Shown here: positions 27,643-39,100 of the stretch, one piece after another
Numbering within the stretch: position 1 is the first letter of the stretch
How the letters are laid out: each line of letters starts with the position of its first letter
NCBI GenBank assembly: GCA_949745595.1
Contig: CATJWN010000049.1
Location: forward strand, 4,991-68,990
DNA: 64,000 nucleotides
Reading direction: 5' to 3'
Origin: an uncultured Clostridia bacterium
GTDB lineage: Bacteria > Bacillota > Clostridia > TANB77 > CAG-508
Position numbers and translations under genes: made by a program
The notes under the pieces: model-generated
The model's database searches: none
What the model saw: only the letters and a program-made list of their open reading frames with translations
Told to the model about the DNA's origin: nothing

Positions 27643-30600
27643 TTAAACACCTACCTTTCTTCTTTTTAATATAATCTGTGTATATGCTATAAATATAACT
27701 ATTGAACCTAAAATTACACTTGTTATAATTACTGAGATGTAAATAAATACTTCACCAGTTTTTACTGTAATGATTGCATCTGCTGAACTCATATCATTTT
27801 CGCCTTGTGCTTTGTTAAGTGGTGTTGAGTTTGTATCAGATACACCATAAATATTGTAATCTTCAGCAATCTCTGCTATGTTGTTTACGTTTCCTGTGTT
27901 TTCTTCTGTCATCTGTTTAGTTAATACTAATTTAACTTCTCTTGACTCTCCAGGTTTTAGCTCTACATCTGCTAAAGCTGATGTATAAAGATTTCCATCA
28001 GTACCTGTATACCAATCTGGATTTAATGTTGAGCTAAAAGTCATTCCTTCTGGAATATAGTCAACTATTCTCTTAACATTACCTGCGATTTCTCCAAGGT
28101 TTGAAACTTTAATTCTATATTCAATATATGTTGTTGAACTTGATAAATGTTTAGCTGCTATTGGCATTTGTGCTAAAGTTACATCATCGAACTCTACACT
28201 GTCTGTTCCTGCTCTATTTTGTACTGTCATTTTAGTAATTGTTGTTTCTAATGCTAAATCAAAAGTATCTGCATATAAGAAACCTATATCTATATTAGAT
28301 ATACTAGAGTCTGCAACTACTATTCTATCAGTAACAGCTGCATTTCTTTGTCTTCCATCTTGTTCAATCTTTGTTGTAATTGCATCAGAGTTAACATTTA
28401 CTTCAACTCCTGCTTTTTGATATGTTGTAACTGTATATTTTACAGTATCATAATCAAAGATTACTAAATAATTTCCGTTTGCAATTCCTGCAAATGTATA
28501 TGCACCTTTACTATCTGTTGTAACAGATTTTTTTATTGTTCCTGTATCTGCATCTACAAGTCTTGCTGTAATTCCTGACATTTTTTGTTCGTTATCATCT
28601 CTCATACCATCTTTGTTTTCATCAAGCCAAGCATTACCTGTAATCTTATATGTTTTTGTTATATTTGAAGAAGAACTACTTCCTCCACCATTTGCTGTTG
28701 CTCCAGTGTTTTTTACAGCCTCTTCAACTACTTGATTTGAATATTCTGGATCTGCTTCAATTATATGTGTTATTTCATTTGATGTTATTGGCTCAGCCAT
28801 TGTTTTTGATTGTACTGTACCTCTATTAGTAACTGTTGTTTCTGCTGCTCCGTTTAAGCTCTTAGCTAAAGCTTTAACTGTAGCTTGTAATTCTTTACCA
28901 GCTGGAATACTAACAGTTATAGTTGGAGCTGTAGCCCCTGAAACCTTCTTAGTAGAAGTTTTTCCATTTATACCATAAGTAATTGTTTTTGCAAGTAATC
29001 CTGTTGGTACATAATCTATTAAGCTAACATCTTGTGCTTCATAACTACCTTCATTTTTTACTGTGAATACATATTCTATTGTTTCGCCTTCAGTTACATA
29101 AGTATTTGTTGTGTTTGTGCTTTGAGTAAATACTAAACTTGCTCTACCCACGCCTAACTCACTTATATTTGATGTAACTAAACCTAATCCATCTGCTGTA
29201 GCTGTTGCAACTGCACTTACAACTTTATAAGTTGAACCTGAATCTAATAATTTTGTTGTTACAAATATTTTTACTTGTGTTGTTGTTTTTGATTTAATTG
29301 TTCCTGCATTTACTGTAATTGTTCTTGTGCCTTCATCATAACTTACTAATGAGTAATTTTTACCAGTTTGTGGTGTTGTTGATGCTTCTACAACATATCC
29401 TTCTTTATAAGAAACTTCGTCAGGTAGTTTAAATTGAATAACTCCACCTGTTAAATCTTCTTTTGAAAGGTTTGTTGCTGATATGTCATATCTAACTTCA
29501 CGGTCTTCGCTAACTGTTGCATCACCTTCTGTATAGTTATGTGATAATAATAGTTTAAGTACTGTTTCTTCAACTGTGAATTTAATTTGATTTGAAGTAA
29601 CTCTATCGCAATCATCTGCTATTGCAGTTGCTTCAACTGTAATTTCATTGTTTTCTGTTACTGCTCTTGCAGAAAGCTTAAAGCTTAATTCTTTTAATTC
29701 ATCAATTCCTAAACTTGGAATATTATATGTAATTTTTCCATTGTCTGTATTTGAACTAATACCTTCTTCTGCTGTAGCTTCATTTATTATTAACCCACTA
29801 CTAATTGGTATCGATACTACAACATTTTGTGCAGAAGTTTTTCCTGTATTTCTAACTTCAGCCTTGAAAACCATTTCTTCATATTCTTTAATACTGCCAT
29901 CTACATCTGCTGATAATTTTACTGAAAGTTCAGGTCCTTCTCCTGTACTTAAACCAACTTTATCCGCAACTGCTTCTTCATCAATTGTTGCAACCTCTGT
30001 ATGGTTCTTATAATATGCTAAGAATGTACCATATATATTTTCATTTAATTGTAAGTTTTCTGGTATCTCATATTCATAAGTAAATCTTAAAATATCAGAA
30101 ACTTGCATTTCATAATTACTATCTTGTGGAACTATCAAATATGATTTAATACCATCAAAATTCTCTACATTTTCTGTCCATCCATTTGAACTATCATTTA
30201 AGTCTTTTGTAGCTTCACCGTTTGTAGAATAATATACTTTAAAACTTGCTTTATTCTTCTCGTCAGCTGCTATTCCTGATACTAATCTAGTATCAACTGT
30301 TGTTCCTAAATCTTCTTCTGTTTTTATATCTTTAACACCTTTAAATGGTATTCTACCTAAAATACTAAAATCAGAAACTATATTATTATTGTTATTCATA
30401 ACAATAACTTCCATTGTTGCAACTTTTGCTGCTGCATTTTTAGCAATCTCTGCTTCTTGCTCACCTTGTCTAATAGAAGTTAATACTGTACCTACATCAT
30501 CAAAGTTCTTTGTGCTATTAACAACTACTAATCCTGTTGGAGCTGAATAATAAATTGGTAATAATGCTAAACCTCCATCTTCATAAGTTGTTGCTTCAGC

Positions 30601-32748
30601 ATTTGTATATTTTAATACGAATGTGTCCTCAGCTGCTGGTGTATATAAGTCAACTGTAATATTTGTATTTAATACTATATTAGTACCATTATTTAATACA
30701 CCTGTGCTTATTGCATTTTGAGTCCCATCAACTGTTACTCTAATATATTTTTCTCCGTCTAATTCATAAACTTCTACATTAGAAATTTCTAAACCTTCAC
30801 CATACATAATACTGCTGTCTGTTACTTGTACATCTCTTACATATACTGGTAATTTAATTTCAAATACTGAATGTCCAAATACATCTGATTTATCAGTATT
30901 ATTATTTAACTCTAATCTTAATTCTACATTTTCGTTAGTTGCAAGTGTTGATAAACTATCTCTATCTAATACTAAAGTTGTTTTTGTTGCAACATCATCT
31001 AAAATTGTTTCTATTTCTGTTTCACCAATTATAGCTGGTTCTTCAACATAAGTATAATTTGCTTTGCAAACTGTTTTTGAAACTAATTTACTGAAAATCT
31101 TATATTGTTCTTTAGCATACATACTATTGCTACTAGCTTTTTCACTTGAAATAATAATATTTCCTTCTGCTACTGCTTTGCTAGTTTCTACGATTACTTT
31201 TGAAACTTTTGAACTGAAGTTATATACGTAATCTCCATTTTCATTTACTTCATATTCTTTGCCTATAACTATTAAGCTATTTCCTTCTAAATCTTTAACA
31301 GTAATTGTTCCATCTTCTCCAAGAACACTTACCATATTATCTTTGTTTATAACTATATTTTTGTAATAAATATCGTCTGCTGTATAAGTAGTTCCATCAG
31401 CTGCTACATAATAGTTGTCTACATCCTCTAAAGAAACACCTTCAACTATTTCTGAATGTGAAACGTTTATAGTTGCTTTTGAAACATAAGGTATTTCATA
31501 TCTTTCACTAGAATTATAATTAACAAGTGTGTAAGCTTTACTTACATTTTCTGTTTCATTATTTATATTGTAAGATACTATGTCACCAGTCTCTCCATTT
31601 AAATTATATTGATAATTTTCTTCGTTTGTCATTTTATTAACGTATTCAGCACTTTGTACACCACTTAATGTTGTAAGTTCTGTCTTTACTTTTGTATCTA
31701 AAGTAATTTCTTCTATTTGTTCTAAATCCTCATAAGTATAAGTTACCACATATGAATCTATACCTGAGTTTGAGTAATATCTTTCTTCTTCTACAAGTTC
31801 AGCCTCACCGTCTATAATGTTATCATTTTCTCCAGCATTTGAAACTTCAACTAATTCTTTTTCATTTGATACTGAAATTGTTAAGATATTTGTTTCTGCA
31901 TCATATCCCCAATTTCCTTCACCAAATAAAACTCTTTCATCAGCTTTACCATTTGTTCCTGCTGTTGACGTTGCTAAAACTTGAACATTAGAAACTTGTT
32001 TTCCATTTATTGTTGGCACTTCAATACTTACAACAGAATTTTTTACTGGTAATGAATTTCCTTCTACTGAACTATCAACATTAACTACAGTTTGAAGAAT
32101 AACTCCAGAAGCATCTCCGTCATTAAACTTAATATATTTTGTTGCTTCACTAGTTGTTCTAACAGCTCTATCGTCTCTCCAGAAAACATTTAAGTCAACT
32201 TCTTTTGAAACTTCAGTTTCTTCACCATTATCGTCAACATAAGTTCCTGTGAATACTACTTTGCTGTCTCTAGTAAGCTTTGTTTCGTTAACATACTCTT
32301 CGTTTTGATATTCGATTGGAATATTTAAAACTACATCAGAGTCAAAATCGATTTGTTTTAAGAAAATAACGTTTTCTTCAATGCTTTGAATTTCGTCTAC
32401 TTCTTCTAACTCATATTTCAACTTGAAATTAAGCTTTTCCCCTTCTTCTTTAGTTTGGATAGCAATTTGTGCATATTTTAAATATCCACTATCCTTTACA
32501 TTCAAATCCATTGTAATTGCAAGATTCTCTGCATTTACATCACTAACAGCCGAATAAGACTTATCTTGTTCGGCTCCAAAATATGCATCAAATTCTACAT
32601 TCTCATGACCAGTGCTTGAATCCGCACCAAAAAATGTATCAAAAAATGATGTTGCTAATGCTTCTGTGGTAAAAGCAAAATTAGCAAAAGTTAATGTGAA
32701 TACAAGAATTCCTGCTAAAACTTTTTGTGACAATTTGCTTTTTAGCAT
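27643..32748 (-). CDS. giant surface protein A2 (1701 aa): signal peptide, DUF11-like repeat domains, SdrD-B-like domain, C-terminal VKTG + TM + KRRK tail
   Basis: SD AGGAGG upstream of the ATG at 32748. Signal peptide ..FANFAFTTEALA. DUF11-like VRNTGKTSAQNVVVSIPISSGL and VKNEGSYEAQDVSLIDYVPTGL. ITGNAWLDENKDGMRDDNEQKMSGITARLVD...GNYLVIFDYD. Paralogous to A1. Confidence 0.8.
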   Translation of the reverse strand: MLKSKLSQKVLAGILVFTLTFANFAFTTEALATSFFDTFFGADSSTGHENVEFDAYFGAEQDKSYSAVSDVNAENLAITMDLNVKDSGYLKYAQIAIQTKEEGEKLNFKLKYELEEVDEIQSIEENVIFLKQIDFDSDVVLNIPIEYQNEEYVNETKLTRDSKVVFTGTYVDDNGEETEVSKEVDLNVFWRDDRAVRTTSEATKYIKFNDGDASGVILQTVVNVDSSVEGNSLPVKNSVVSIEVPTINGKQVSNVQVLATSTAGTNGKADERVLFGEGNWGYDAETNILTISVSNEKELVEVSNAGENDNIIDGEAELVEEERYYSNSGIDSYVVTYTYEDLEQIEEITLDTKVKTELTTLSGVQSAEYVNKMTNEENYQYNLNGETGDIVSYNINNETENVSKAYTLVNYNSSERYEIPYVSKATINVSHSEIVEGVSLEDVDNYYVAADGTTYTADDIYYKNIVINKDNMVSVLGEDGTITVKDLEGNSLIVIGKEYEVNENGDYVYNFSSKVSKVIVETSKAVAEGNIIISSEKASSNSMYAKEQYKIFSKLVSKTVCKANYTYVEEPAIIGETEIETILDDVATKTTLVLDRDSLSTLATNENVELRLELNNNTDKSDVFGHSVFEIKLPVYVRDVQVTDSSIMYGEGLEISNVEVYELDGEKYIRVTVDGTQNAISTGVLNNGTNIVLNTNITVDLYTPAAEDTFVLKYTNAEATTYEDGGLALLPIYYSAPTGLVVVNSTKNFDDVGTVLTSIRQGEQEAEIAKNAAAKVATMEVIVMNNNNNIVSDFSILGRIPFKGVKDIKTEEDLGTTVDTRLVSGIAADEKNKASFKVYYSTNGEATKDLNDSSNGWTENVENFDGIKSYLIVPQDSNYEMQVSDILRFTYEYEIPENLQLNENIYGTFLAYYKNHTEVATIDEEAVADKVGLSTGEGPELSVKLSADVDGSIKEYEEMVFKAEVRNTGKTSAQNVVVSIPISSGLIINEATAEEGISSNTDNGKITYNIPSLGIDELKELSFKLSARAVTENNEITVEATAIADDCDRVTSNQIKFTVEETVLKLLLSHNYTEGDATVSEDREVRYDISATNLSKEDLTGGVIQFKLPDEVSYKEGYVVEASTTPQTGKNYSLVSYDEGTRTITVNAGTIKSKTTTQVKIFVTTKLLDSGSTYKVVSAVATATADGLGLVTSNISELGVGRASLVFTQSTNTTNTYVTEGETIEYVFTVKNEGSYEAQDVSLIDYVPTGLLAKTITYGINGKTSTKKVSGATAPTITVSIPAGKELQATVKALAKSLNGAAETTVTNRGTVQSKTMAEPITSNEITHIIEADPEYSNQVVEEAVKNTGATANGGGSSSSSNITKTYKITGNAWLDENKDGMRDDNEQKMSGITARLVDADTGTIKKSVTTDSKGAYTFAGIANGNYLVIFDYDTVKYTVTTYQKAGVEVNVNSDAITTKIEQDGRQRNAAVTDRIVVADSSISNIDIGFLYADTFDLALETTITKMTVQNRAGTDSVEFDDVTLAQMPIAAKHLSSSTTYIEYRIKVSNLGEIAGNVKRIVDYIPEGMTFSSTLNPDWYTGTDGNLYTSALADVELKPGESREVKLVLTKQMTEENTGNVNNIAEIAEDYNIYGVSDTNSTPLNKAQGENDMSSADAIITVKTGEVFIYISVIITSVILGSIVIFIAYTQIILKRRKVGV

Positions 32749-32886
32749 AAATTCATCCTCCTAACAAACTTTTTGACATAGTATGACTCTATTATCATAT
32801 ATATAATATTTTACTACTTACAAGGTTTTAGTCAAGAGCTAAAACACTTGTGTTTCATAAGTTTAACAAACTTTTTTTTAAACTAT

Positions 32887-32948
32887 TTACGGAAGCTAAG
32901 TTCATAAAAATTGTATGTAAATATATTAAATTTTTATTACACTTTAAG
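32887..32948 (-). promoter_or_regulatory. sigma-A-type promoter plus conserved leader box upstream of the A2-B2 operon
   Basis: Read on the minus strand: CTTAAA, 17-nt spacer GTGTAATAAAAATTTAA, TATATT (32925-32920), 25 nt, TTCCGTAA (32894-32887). The -35 is weaker than in the other two copies. Confidence 0.45.
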
Positions 32949-33130
32949 CAACTTAAAATAGCTTATTTGTAAAAGCCTGCTCACTATCTATTATACCAAT
33001 TTTTGTAAAGGTTTTCAACCTTTTTCAGCACTTTTTTCAAGTTTTTTGTAATTTTTTTCTACTATTTCATAGCGTTACAAAATTTTTCTTGTCATAATAG
33101 AACATTTTTGTGTTTTTTAGACAAAAAAGT

Positions 33131-33166
33131 CGTAAAAAGGCTCACAAACTTTTACATTTGTGAGCC
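33131..33166 (-). terminator. rho-independent terminator after B1 (end of the A1-B1 operon)
   Basis: Stem GGCTCACAAA / TTTGTGAGCC (33139-33148 / 33157-33166) followed by TTTTTACGACTTTTTT on the minus strand. Confidence 0.75.
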
Positions 33167-33178
33167 TAATTTTACTCT

Positions 33179-36100
33179 TTATTTGATGCGTCTACTATGA
33201 TATTTTTTTATAATAACTAATACTACTACGCATACAAGTATTACAGCAATTATTGTTACGACTGTGTAACTTGCTCCCTCAACAACTTTTCTTACTGTTC
33301 TATTTAATCTGTCTAAACCTGTTGGAGGTGTTAATGTTACTTTTTCTACTGAAGCCGTATCACTTTCAGTTCTTCCTTCATAATACTCTGGACTTTCATT
33401 TGGTTTTGGACTTGGTCTTGTATCTGTTAGCTCTTCTATCTTAGCATTACCTATTGTTGTTGCTAAGTTTGTAACCCTACCAGTTACTGATGAGTATTGT
33501 ATAACCTCTGCTATATTTTCATATACCATATCGTCATTATCATCCTCTGGTGAAATTACTTTTGATGCATATAATGATATTGTTCCAAAACTGTCTAAAC
33601 TCTTTTCTTTTGAGTATCTTGGTATTAAGAAGTTTGTAAATTTCTTATTCGTTGTTGTATCTTCTGTTGGTGCTCCAGGTTGTCCATAGTCGTCTCTTAC
33701 TCTATCATCTAGAGATATTGCCAAGTTGCTTCTCTCAGAAGTATTATATGCTCTTCCTTGTGCGTCTACCAATTTCTTTTCTAGTCTTTCTCTATTTGCT
33801 TGAATTTGTGCATTATCATTAACTATTTGTCCGTTTTCATAATATGAGTAAGTACTTTCATTTAGCATTCCATCAATGAATAACTCAGCAGCTGTTGTTG
33901 TCTTCCATAACTTGTCTTCTCCTCTATTGTCGTCATTATTGAATACTAAATCATTATCAATATAGTCTAAAATTTTATCTACCTTTAATTCTGCTAAAAC
34001 GTCCATATTTTCATTAATAACACCTGTGAAATATGTTGAGCCTAAGTATCTACCATAATATGTGTTTGCTTCTTCTGCTAGTGCTGAACCTGGATGTGTT
34101 AGAAGCGTTGTATTTGTATGTGCATTCGTAATATCTCTTATATCTACTACTCTTGCATCAGATACTTTCATATATTTTGGTTTTACTTTGTATAATATAT
34201 CATTGTGTTCTGGTGTTAAATCTTGCCTTATTGAATTATCGCTTTCTAATTCATAACGATAATATTCACTAAATAGAGCATTTCTTGCAGTTTGTGCTGC
34301 AGAGTAATTTTGATTTATCAAGGTTAACCTATCTCTTTGTCCACTTATTTGATAGTCTACTTCTTCATAATATGAACTACTATCATTTATAGTTCTATCA
34401 TATTTTCTAACTTCTTCATTTTCTTTAAACCTTAAGTCTGAAAGATTTGAAGAAACTCTATCAACTTCTCCTAAGTTTGTTCCTGTAAATAGATATTTAA
34501 TCTTAATTGTAGCACCTTGCATAATATCATCATCAACAACTATATATGCAAAACCTTGTGTTGACCTTACTAATACTTTTCCATCTATTTCGTCAATTTC
34601 TGGATTTCCATCAGCATCTAAATCGTATTCATTTGGTAAATATTGAACATTTGTTAATCCAATTGATTTATCTTTGTTTAACTCAGTTCCTGCTATTGCC
34701 AAGATGTAAGTACCATCATTGTTTTTCTCAACAGCATTTGTATTTACTCCATTTCTGCTCAATACACTTGTAATGTATTCTGTTGATGCTGCAGGATCTA
34801 CTCGTATAATTTCTCCTTCCGCATCTGTCCAGAAAGTTGTTGCGCCTGTAACATAATCTGTCTGTTTTACTACTCCATAGAATTCGTCAAAGATTGCATC
34901 TACAAGTGGTGCATCTGTGCCTCCTCCTCTTTGATCTGAAGTAGTTAATGTAATGTTTGAAATATACTTGTTAAGTCCTAATTGTAACTCTGGTCTATAT
35001 TCTATACCAAAATCAATATTATTAACTCTAAATCTTGCTTGACTTATTGTTTCTACAATCTTCTTATTGTACTCATAATATGTCAAGATTGTTACTTTTC
35101 TAATTTCTTTTTCAGGTCTTACCAAGAAGTCTGCTGTTTCTGCAAACATTGATGTATTATCTATCATCGCTTGTTTATCTATTGAATTTGCACCTCTTAG
35201 TATTTCGTTTTTCTGGTTATTCATTGTTTCTGAATATCCTATTACTTCAAGTCTTCTAATCTCATCGTCTTTCGCATCTGAAACTCCATCTTTTTCTAAG
35301 ATGTCTAATCTCACATCTCCTGCTGTTTTTTCTCCTGCTGGCTGTGCATTTTCTGCTAAAACAGCTTCTCCTGATTGATATGAAGTTGACTTGTAGTCTT
35401 GACCATTAAATATCAAGCATTGTTCTTTGCTAACATCATCACCATAAGTGAATCTTACTATATATTCACCTGGAATATACCCGCTTAACATGTACTCTCC
35501 ATTACTGTCAGTTCTTGTTTCCATTATAGAGTCTGTATCATTTACGTAGATTGTGTCTTCGTAAATTCTTTCTTCTGCTGCTTCACCGTCTAATTCATGT
35601 GCTATAATCGCACCTGCACTAGTAACTGGTATTCTAATTTGTTCTACCAATTTTGCTTCTACATCTTGTACTCTTATATCAGTTTCTTCTCCATTTGCTA
35701 CTGCTGGTCGTCCGTTTATTGTTGCTTGATTTTTTCTTGCTTCTGATATCGCATGTACTGATGTATTCCATCTACCATCGCCTAAATATTGTGTACCATC
35801 ATTATTTTCTGCTGTTTCACTTCTTGCATCATCCCATACATATCCAACTAAAGTTCTTTCTGTATACTCTTTCTCTCTTGTTGTCGGTGTTGGATCATCT
35901 GGATCTGGTGTTGGATTATCTGGATTGTCTGGTGTTGTGCTTGGTGATGGTATCTTTAAGTTAATTCCTGTTTTAAAAGTATCATCTTCATAATATTTGA
36001 TATATCCATCATCTGTAACTGCTGCTCCATAATTTTCTCCGTAGTTTCCTGGGTTAGAATCTTTATCAACTAAACTTGCTGATTTATAACTATCACCATC

Positions 36101-39100
36101 TTTATAGTAAGTTGAGTATGCGCTTATTTCTGCTACATTCTCTTTTTCACCTAATATTGTTTCCATTTCAATCTTTTCTGGTGTTTCTGCTTCTTTTTCT
36201 ACTACGAATTTGATTATAATATCTAAGCTTTCTCCCTCTGCAAGCATTAATTGTCCAGCCTTGATATTGTTTCCTGTAAGTACGTTTGTACTTACTGATT
36301 GATTTGTTGGTGTTATAAATATTGTGTCATATCCTTCAATAGTTCTTTTTGTGTTATATGGTGATGTATTACTTAAAGTTACATCCACCTCTGTTCCATC
36401 TGCTAAGTATGCCTTAGCTTCTGCTACCTTCATTGCTGTATTTACTAAGTAGTCATTTTCATCTTTTGTTTTTACATTAAATGCCTTTATTACTCCGCCT
36501 TCTACTTCAACATCAACAAAATCTTCTGAATAATATTCTACAATTTCATTGATACCTGTATAAACTGGAATATCTGTACTTGCTCCTAATTCGAAACCTG
36601 GCAAAAATGGTTCGTCGTTATCAATTGCATTGTTTGTAACTCTAATTCTGAATTTAATTTCAGTATTAAGCTCACTTTCTCTACCAGTTACATAAGCATT
36701 TGTTTTATCATCTGTACCTAATAAATTATTTAGTATTACGCTACTTCCACCTTCATTTATTGGCGCTTCATAATTTGTTCTAAGTGGTGAGCCTTTATAA
36801 TCTCTTACTGTTTGTATATGATATTGAGAAATTCTGTAATTGTAATCTTCTAAGTAGTACTCAAACTCATACCATTCTTTATTTGAAGTTTCTGAAGCAT
36901 CACTCTGATGTGCATCATATCCTGTCATAAACTTCTCACTATCAAATCTTTCTGTACCCTCTGCTTTTGCTTTATCTATTCCGCTTGCTTCATTTGAATC
37001 CGGATTTTTTCTTGTGTATTTGTTTTGGTTATATTCATAAGTCATTCTTTCGCCGTTTATTGTTGTTGTTAACTCATAAACGTCGTGAGTAATGCTTATA
37101 TCAACATCTTCTCTTTCCTCTAAACCTAAGTTAATGAATTTTAAGTATTCTGTTTCTGGTAATTCTGTAGATTGTTGTTTAAATAACCATAGAAGTTTTG
37201 TATTTTCTATACTCTTTGTCTTGTCTTTTCCTGTTATAAAGCTTCTTGCTGTAATTACTCTGTCCTTGTTTACACGAATATATGATTCGTGATCAACTTT
37301 TTCATATTTCAAATCTGGATATTCTGGATGTGTCAAGTCGCCTTTGTATCCTTTGTTATAAGCTATAATTTCATAATTTGTATTAAACTCTTCTCTTACG
37401 TCTTTAAATTCATAAGCATTTGAGTCTATTTCATAAATGTCTTGATATGTTCCATCTCCATTAATATTCATGTAATTTGAATAGATTTCTGTACTCTTAT
37501 ATACTAAACCATCATACTCAAATTCGATATAGTAATCTACAAGTTTTGCATTTGAACCATAAGTTTTATTTGTTGGATCTTTTGGTTCAGCCTTGTCAAT
37601 TCTTTGATCACTATCTTTAGCTGCTGTAATATGTGTATATTCACCATCGCACCATGTTAATGTTCCTGTGCTTTCATCATAAGTTTGTGCGAACGTATAT
37701 AATCCTTCATCATTTGTAGCTGTTGTTCTTACTAATGTTCCATCTTTCTTATATAGTTTTACTACAATGTTTTTCATTGCGTATTCTACATTATAATCTG
37801 GAAGTTTAGTACTTGGTTCTTGTCTTACATCAAGATTTCTGTCAAGTTTTCCATTTGCATTTGGCCCTATATAGCCGTCTTTATCAACATCTAGCCATAC
37901 AGTACCTGCAATAACTAGGTCTTTCATTTTAACCCATTCTTTTGTCTTTTGTTGTGGTGCCATATTCTCATTTACAGAGCCGTCTTCATTTTGTATTACT
38001 CTGTCAAGAGTTTTAGCATTTACGTTTGTAAGTATCTTATAGCTTGCTTCATTATCTAGTTTTCCTAGATACATATTGCTTTCTATAACTTTTACATAAA
38101 CTGTATATTCTAAGTAGTCTCCTGGATCAAGTATTACATAATCGCTTCCTGAGAAGTTTGGTATTACGAACTCATATCTTGTTCTTCCGCTTCCACCTGA
38201 AACATTTGTATATGATACATTTACATTGTTAACTTTTACATTTCCACTTGAATCATAAATCTTAGCTGAAACTGGAGTTCCGGAAATTCCTGCTTGACCA
38301 AGTTCGGCATCAGTTGCTAGTCTTAAACCTTCGTGCATTTCGTCAATAACATTATTTGGTCTAACTTGTGTTGCTGGTTTCTTACCGCCATAACTTGATT
38401 TTTCTGTATATTCATCTTTTGCATCATTTGTTAATCTAATCTTATATGTCAAGATATCTTCTTTTTCTGCTGGGAAAGGTCTTGCCTCTTTATCTTGCTC
38501 ACTCATTTGTGATCTTGACTTTGTACTGTCGTCTACTTCTATCTTTTCATCTTTTGTAATTCCTCTTTCCTCATTTGCTTCAGAAACAGGTGATTTATAA
38601 TCTGAAATAAATTTGTTTATTCCTAAATTATAATTATTGATTGCATACCAATCTGAACTTATTGTTAATTTTGAGTCATCCAATTCTGCTAAGTTAACTA
38701 CTGGTCCCGGTCTATCTTCTGAATCATAAACTGTTCTCATATAGTCAACATTTAATTCGTCTCCTTCTACATATCCGATATTATTTGTTATAATTTGAGT
38801 TTTATTTTCAAATTTTAACAATTGTCCTGTAGGAGTTGATGGAGTTGGTGTTGGTGTTATTGGTGGTCCAAATGGATCGTCTATATCTTCTCCGCCACCT
38901 ACTGTATTTGTCTGTACTATACCACTTATTAATTCTCCAGAATCCAAACCATCTACCCAGTCTAATACTTTTACTTTAACAGTTAAGTCTACTGTACCTG
39001 GTGCTGATTCTGTTCCTCCTGGAATAACTAACCATTTTTTCTCCATTTTAAATTTATTTGTAGAATATGATACTTTTTCACCCATCACACCTTCTTGTGT